DNA from: an uncultured Deinococcales bacterium
GTDB taxonomy: Bacteria > Deinococcota > Deinococci > Deinococcales > JAAFIG01
Reading direction: 5' to 3'
DNA length: 19,873 nt
NCBI GenBank assembly: GCA_964247135.1
Contig: CAXTTL010000073.1
Span: 1 to 19,873 of the forward strand
Of this stretch, positions 16,182 through 19,873 are shown one piece after another (position 1 is the first letter of the stretch; every line of letters begins with the position of its first letter). Below the pieces are notes generated by a model, which had not been told where the DNA came from, did not search any database, and saw only the letters and a list, made by a program, of their open reading frames with translations. A program made the position numbers and the translations under genes.

Positions 16182-17087
16182 ATGAAAAGAATTTCTGTTT
16201 TAGCCCTGGCATTCGCCACCATCCTTAGCGCCTGCGGTCAAGATGTTGTGACCGTCGGTAAACTCACCGTTAACATTTCTGGATTGCCTGGTGGTTCTGC
16301 CCCAAGCGTTGCCGTGACTGGACCCTCGAGCTTCACCAAAACCCTTACCGCAACCGTCACCCTCGAGAATCTGACTCCTGGCACGTACACGATCACGCCA
16401 GCCAAAGTCGCGGTTGCCGCCGACAATTACACGGCTGCCACCGCCACCGCCTCCGTCACGGCTGGGAACACCGCCAGCAGCAATGTGGTCTACTCGAAGG
16501 CTGCCCCAGTTGAGGTCACGCTGGCTTTTGCCGACTTTACGGGCGGCGCAGCAGACTCGAGCACCCAGGGTGGGAAATTCACAAATTACAGTTATCACGG
16601 CAGTGGTGTTGCCACAATTGCCACAGGTCAACCAGTGAAAGGCACAGATAAGTTATCGGCTGATTACACCCTCGGAGCAGGTGATTTTGGTGGCGTTGCG
16701 CTGGGCGTAGATGCCAACGCGACGGCTCAACCAATCGATTTGACTGGCTATACCAAACTCCGAATCAAAATGGCACGCTCTGGTGGCGGCTCTCTCAGCA
16801 TTAAAGTCGTCGGTAATGAAAAAGCTGTTCAAGACAGCGGTTGTTATCCTGTCTATCAAGCCACACCTGGCGATGACGGCGGATTTGCAGTCACAAACAC
16901 ATTGGCTGAATACACACTCGATTTGAGTCAATTCAATTACCGCAGCTATTGCAGTGCTCCAAATCGCAAGACTCTTGCCGAAACCATTAATAACGTCATC
17001 CGCGTCGAAGTCGAGGATCGTTTCTTGCCAAGCACTGGCAGCGAAAACCGCACGATAACCTTGGGCAGCATCACGTTCGTGAAGTAA
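16182..17087 (+). CDS. lipoprotein: Ig-like spacer plus CBM11/CIA30-like carbohydrate-binding domain
   Basis: RBS AAGGAG then ATG 16182; lipobox LSAC; GKLTVNISGLP...VTGP...LENLTPGTYTIT (Ig-like); jelly-roll motif FGGVALG...IDLTGYTKLRIKM...GCYPVY...YTLDLSQF...TLGSITFVK. Confidence 0.82.
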   Translation: MKRISVLALAFATILSACGQDVVTVGKLTVNISGLPGGSAPSVAVTGPSSFTKTLTATVTLENLTPGTYTITPAKVAVAADNYTAATATASVTAGNTASSNVVYSKAAPVEVTLAFADFTGGAADSSTQGGKFTNYSYHGSGVATIATGQPVKGTDKLSADYTLGAGDFGGVALGVDANATAQPIDLTGYTKLRIKMARSGGGSLSIKVVGNEKAVQDSGCYPVYQATPGDDGGFAVTNTLAEYTLDLSQFNYRSYCSAPNRKTLAETINNVIRVEVEDRFLPSTGSENRTITLGSITFVK

Positions 17088-17100
17088 CCAAAAACGTTTG

Positions 17101-17126
17101 GTTGTGGAATCTCGAGATTCCACAAC
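17101..17126. repeat. perfect 26-bp intergenic palindrome centred on CTCGAG
   Basis: GTTGTGGAAT-CTCGAG-ATTCCACAAC. Confidence 0.9.
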
Positions 17127-17150
17127 TGACAAACCTTGAAGGAGGTTTTT

Positions 17151-17873
17151 ATGAAATATGCCGTTCTCATCGCAATCGGCGCTGTGAGCCTCGCCTCGTG
17201 CGCTCCAATGAATGCCAAACCTGCAACGCCTGCTGCCGCACCAACTTCGGTGGCAACAGCACCAGCAACTCCAGTCGCCCCAGCCGCAACGACCACTCCT
17301 GCGGCAACTCCTGTCGCATCAGACGCCAACGTTTTAACTTGGGCAACTTTCGAGAATAGCGACGCCAACGCAACCGCTCAGGCGGGTAAAATCGAAACCA
17401 ATGCTTACAGCGAAAAACCGAACGATGCCAGCAAAGAAAATCCAGTTCGAGAGAACAGCAATGCCGTTTTGAATTACATGCTGACCAAAGCGGGCGGCAG
17501 CAGTTTCTTGGGCGCAGGCATGACGATCAACGCACCAAAAAATGGCACGTTTGACCTCTCGGGCTTTAAAAGTATGCGCATCAAACTTTCCTCGAGCGCC
17601 AGCACCGTGGTGCGTTTGCGGATTTCTGGGGCGGACACGGCAACCCAAAACAACGGCTGCTATCCGGTGCGTTACACCAAAGTCACGGACAAACTCGAGT
17701 CGTACACGGTTGCGATTTCGGAATTTGCGCCAGAATCGTATTGCAGCGCGAACGCCCGCAGCTTGGCGCAAACCCTGCCTGGTGGCGCGGTGGTTGAGAT
17801 TGCCGACAACGAAGTGCCGAGCAGCCCACGCAAGGGCAAAATCAGCATCTCGAGCATCGAATTTTTGAAGTAA
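17151..17873 (+). CDS. lipoprotein: Pro/Ala/Thr linker plus CBM11/CIA30-like domain (paralogous to the upstream lipoprotein domain)
   Basis: RBS AAGGAGG then ATG 17151; lipobox LASC; PATPAAAPTS... linker; FLGAGM...FDLSGFKSMRIKL...GCYPVRY...YTVAISEF...SISSIEFLK. Confidence 0.82.
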   Translation: MKYAVLIAIGAVSLASCAPMNAKPATPAAAPTSVATAPATPVAPAATTTPAATPVASDANVLTWATFENSDANATAQAGKIETNAYSEKPNDASKENPVRENSNAVLNYMLTKAGGSSFLGAGMTINAPKNGTFDLSGFKSMRIKLSSSASTVVRLRISGADTATQNNGCYPVRYTKVTDKLESYTVAISEFAPESYCSANARSLAQTLPGGAVVEIADNEVPSSPRKGKISISSIEFLK

Positions 17874-17892
17874 TTTGGATTTTTTAAGGACA

Positions 17893-17920
17893 GAGAATTG
17901 AAACTCGAGTTTCAATTCTC
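17893..17920. repeat. perfect 28-bp intergenic palindrome centred on CTCGAG (possible terminator)
   Basis: GAGAATTGAAA-CTCGAG-TTTCAATTCTC, 20 nt after the lipoprotein stop codon. Confidence 0.9.
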
Positions 17921-17937
17921 CATATGTTCCAAAACTC

Positions 17938-17953
17938 TTGACAGCGCTTTCAA
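17938..17953. promoter_or_regulatory. LacI-type operator overlapping a -35 TTGACA upstream of the second LacI gene
   Basis: TTGACAGCGCTTTCAA; GATACT -10-like box at 17961-17966 (17-nt spacer). Confidence 0.75.
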
Positions 17954-18082
17954 AACCTGCGATACTTCGCTCATCGTTTGATTCAAAACACGTTGCCGCC
18001 TTAAACCAAATTGGTTTCAGCACGGCTTGCGCCCTCGAGAAATCGCGTCTTTCACGGCTTAAAGCCGTCTTACGGAGTTTGT

Positions 18083-19099
18083 GTGCCTGAAGTCAAAACC
18101 CTCAGTGATGTTGCCACCATCGCCCAAGTTTCACCGAGTACCGTCTCGAGAATCTTGAACGGTACGGCGGTGGTTGCCAAGGACAAACGCGAACGGGTTT
18201 TGAAAGTGATTCAAGAACTCAATTACCGTCCAAACGTGATCGCCCAAGGTCTGGCACGCGGGCAATCGATGACCATCGGTGTGGTCACGCAAGCCATCTC
18301 GAGTCCGTTTTACGGCGAGGCGCTGGCGGGGGTCGAGGAGGGTTTGGAGGGCAGCGGTTATCATGCGCTGTTTGCCAGCGGACACTGGCGGGTCAACGAA
18401 GAGCGCGAAGCCCTCGCCTTGCTGACCAGTCGTAGGGTAGACGCGATTATTTTGACCGGCTCGAGCATTCCAGACCTTGAATTGCAGCAACTTGCCAAAA
18501 CCTTGCCGGTGGTCATTGTCGGGCGAACCGTTCCAGGCTTGGAGAACAACTGCATCAGCGTTGACAACCGTGTCAGTGGCGCTTTGGGCATCCAGCATTT
18601 GATCTCCTTGGGGCATCGCCAAATTGCTTACATCTCTGGTACGGCGACAGTACAGGGCGATGCCACCGAAAGGCTCGAGGCGTACCGTTCGACGCTGAAA
18701 AAAGCGGAGATCAAATACGACCCCAATTTGGTGATTGAAGGCGATTATCAAGAGCGATCTGGTTTGTTTGGAATTGAAACGCTGTTTGCCAGGGGCGCGA
18801 TTTTTACCGCCGTCGCCTGTGCCAACGATCAGTCCGCCTACGGGGTGCGCCTGGCATTGTACCGCCGAGGAATTCGTGTTCCAGACGATGTTTCCTTGAT
18901 CGGTTTCGATGATCTGCAAGCCTCGGCGTACACCACTCCCCCACTCACCACGGTACGTCAACCGATTGTCGAAATGGGTAAACTCGCCTCGAGAATGGCG
19001 CTTTCAATTTTGCGCGGCGCACCGTTCAAACCAAGTCCAATTCCTGGCGAACTGGTGATTCGTGAATCAACCGCCGTCCTGCGCGGCGCTCGAGCTTAA
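18083..19099 (+). CDS. LacI family transcriptional regulator (paralog of 14208-15227)
   Basis: GGAG RBS at 18074-18077 then GTG 18083; TLSDVATIAQVSPSTVSRILNG, NYRPNVIAQGL, LGHRQIA, RVPDDVSLIGFDD, PPLTTVRQP, LVIRES. Confidence 0.95.
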   Translation: MPEVKTLSDVATIAQVSPSTVSRILNGTAVVAKDKRERVLKVIQELNYRPNVIAQGLARGQSMTIGVVTQAISSPFYGEALAGVEEGLEGSGYHALFASGHWRVNEEREALALLTSRRVDAIILTGSSIPDLELQQLAKTLPVVIVGRTVPGLENNCISVDNRVSGALGIQHLISLGHRQIAYISGTATVQGDATERLEAYRSTLKKAEIKYDPNLVIEGDYQERSGLFGIETLFARGAIFTAVACANDQSAYGVRLALYRRGIRVPDDVSLIGFDDLQASAYTTPPLTTVRQPIVEMGKLASRMALSILRGAPFKPSPIPGELVIRESTAVLRGARA

Positions 19100-19157
19100 C
19101 CGAGATTGTCAACAAGGGAGGGGTTATGAACTTCAAAAAGTTGGATTCTTCATAATT

Positions 19158-19171
19158 TGAAAGCGCTTTCA
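19158..19171. promoter_or_regulatory. LacI-type operator upstream of the ABC binding-protein gene
   Basis: Perfect palindrome TGAAAGCGCTTTCA, directly after a CATAAT -10-like box at 19151-19156. Confidence 0.85.
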
Positions 19172-19231
19172 CAACCATTCGGCATGTCAACACCCCGCCC
19201 TCTCAGTCCACTTTAGACACAGGAGACAGAA

Positions 19232-19873
19232 ATGAAAAAAGCAATTGCCCTGGGAAGTATCGGATTTTTGATTGCCGCAGGCGTCGCCACGCTGGCATTG
19301 GCACAAAACAACAAAATTGAACTGACCGTTGCCGCTTTCCCAAGCTTGGATGATTCGGTCAAAGTTGCCCTTGCGGGCTTTGCCAAGAAATTCCCCAACA
19401 TCGAAATCAAACTGACCGCCCTGCAATACGGCGATCACCACGCCGCCCTGACCACCGCACTGGCAACCGGTCAAGGCTTGCACGATGTCGAAGCCATCGA
19501 AATCGGTTTTGTCGGCAAATTCGCCGAATCACAAGGCTTGGAAGACCTGAATGGACCCAGCTACAACGCCAATCAATACAAGAAACTGCTCGTGCCTTAC
19601 ACCGTCGCCCAAGCCACCTCGAGCGACGGACGCTTTATCGCCATGCCCTGCGACATCGGTCCTGGAACCACCTTTTACCGCAAAGACATTCTGGACAAAG
19701 CTGGCATCAAACCGAGCGACCTGAACACCTGGGAAGGTTACGTCGAAGCCGGCAAGAAATTGCACGCCAGCAACAACAAAATTTTCATGATTAACAGTGC
19801 AGCCAGCGCCGCGAACTTGATCATCCGCTCGAACTTGGCTTCTGGCGAGGGCATTTACTTTGATTCCGCCAAC
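19232..19873 (+). CDS. carbohydrate ABC transporter substrate-binding protein (family 1), truncated by the window end
   Basis: Not in the ORF track because it has no stop codon. RBS AGGAG, then MKKAIALGSIGFLIAAGVATLALAQNNKIELTVAAFPSLDD...FAKKFPNIEIK...YGDHHAALTTALATGQGLHDVEAIEIGFVGKFAESQGLEDL...AMPCDIGPGTTFYRKDILDKAGI...TWEGYVEAGKKL. Resembles beta-glycoside/cello-oligosaccharide-type SBPs. Confidence 0.9.
   Translation, partial: MKKAIALGSIGFLIAAGVATLALAQNNKIELTVAAFPSLDDSVKVALAGFAKKFPNIEIKLTALQYGDHHAALTTALATGQGLHDVEAIEIGFVGKFAESQGLEDLNGPSYNANQYKKLLVPYTVAQATSSDGRFIAMPCDIGPGTTFYRKDILDKAGIKPSDLNTWEGYVEAGKKLHASNNKIFMINSAASAANLIIRSNLASGEGIYFDSAN

Larger units (their letters stand above)
169..19623. 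repeat. highly iterated palindrome CTCGAG dispersed across the window
   Basis: About 105 copies by hand count, roughly one per 190 bp, against about 5 expected from base composition. Found in coding and intergenic DNA. Confidence 0.95.

Noticed and set aside
18003-18068. Small inverted repeats AAACCAA-A-TTGGTTT and ACGGCTT-A-AAGCCGT in the lacI-2 leader
   Set aside because: The arms are only 7 bp, do not match the regulon consensus, and are not repeated elsewhere in the window.
169-19623. CTCGAG recurrences as a CRISPR array or cloning scars
   Set aside because: Spacing is irregular, there is no 23-47-bp repeat unit, and ORFs read intact through the sites.
1-19873. tRNA, rRNA, riboswitch, integron attC or retron ncRNA
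   Set aside because: I recognised no such signature, and there is no integrase or reverse transcriptase in the window. A covariance-model search was not possible.

Overview
A moderately GC-rich bacterial window, probably Deinococcota. That assignment is inferred from Deinococcus-type lipoprotein domains and leaderless-type -10 boxes. The left half (1-9.8 kb) is a mixed accessory region: an IS3-family OrfA remnant, a long-form nitronate-monooxygenase-family flavoenzyme, a hypothetical protein, a COG3910-type ATPase, a GluR0-like ligand-gated channel, a lipoprotein, an alpha/beta hydrolase, a divergent TetR/MDR-oxidoreductase pair with two clear operators, and VOC and SRPBCC genes. The right half (9.9-19.9 kb) is a coherent glycan-utilisation locus: two tandem GH8 lipoproteins (one CBM36-GH8-FN3-CBM6), two paralogous LacI regulators, a predicted outer-membrane beta-barrel, two lipoproteins sharing a CBM11/CIA30-like domain, and the start of a sugar ABC binding protein. 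Five LacI-type operators tie it together. The strongest leads are: (1) this PUL-like system with no TonB/SusCD pair in the window; (2) the hexamer CTCGAG at about 105 copies (hand count) against about 5 expected, in all reading frames and at the centre of long intergenic palindromes; (3) a bacterial glutamate-receptor-like channel whose K+ filter TVGYGD is replaced by QNDLGE, resembling the eukaryotic iGluR Q/R/N-site loop. All domain calls come from motif recognition, not from database searches.
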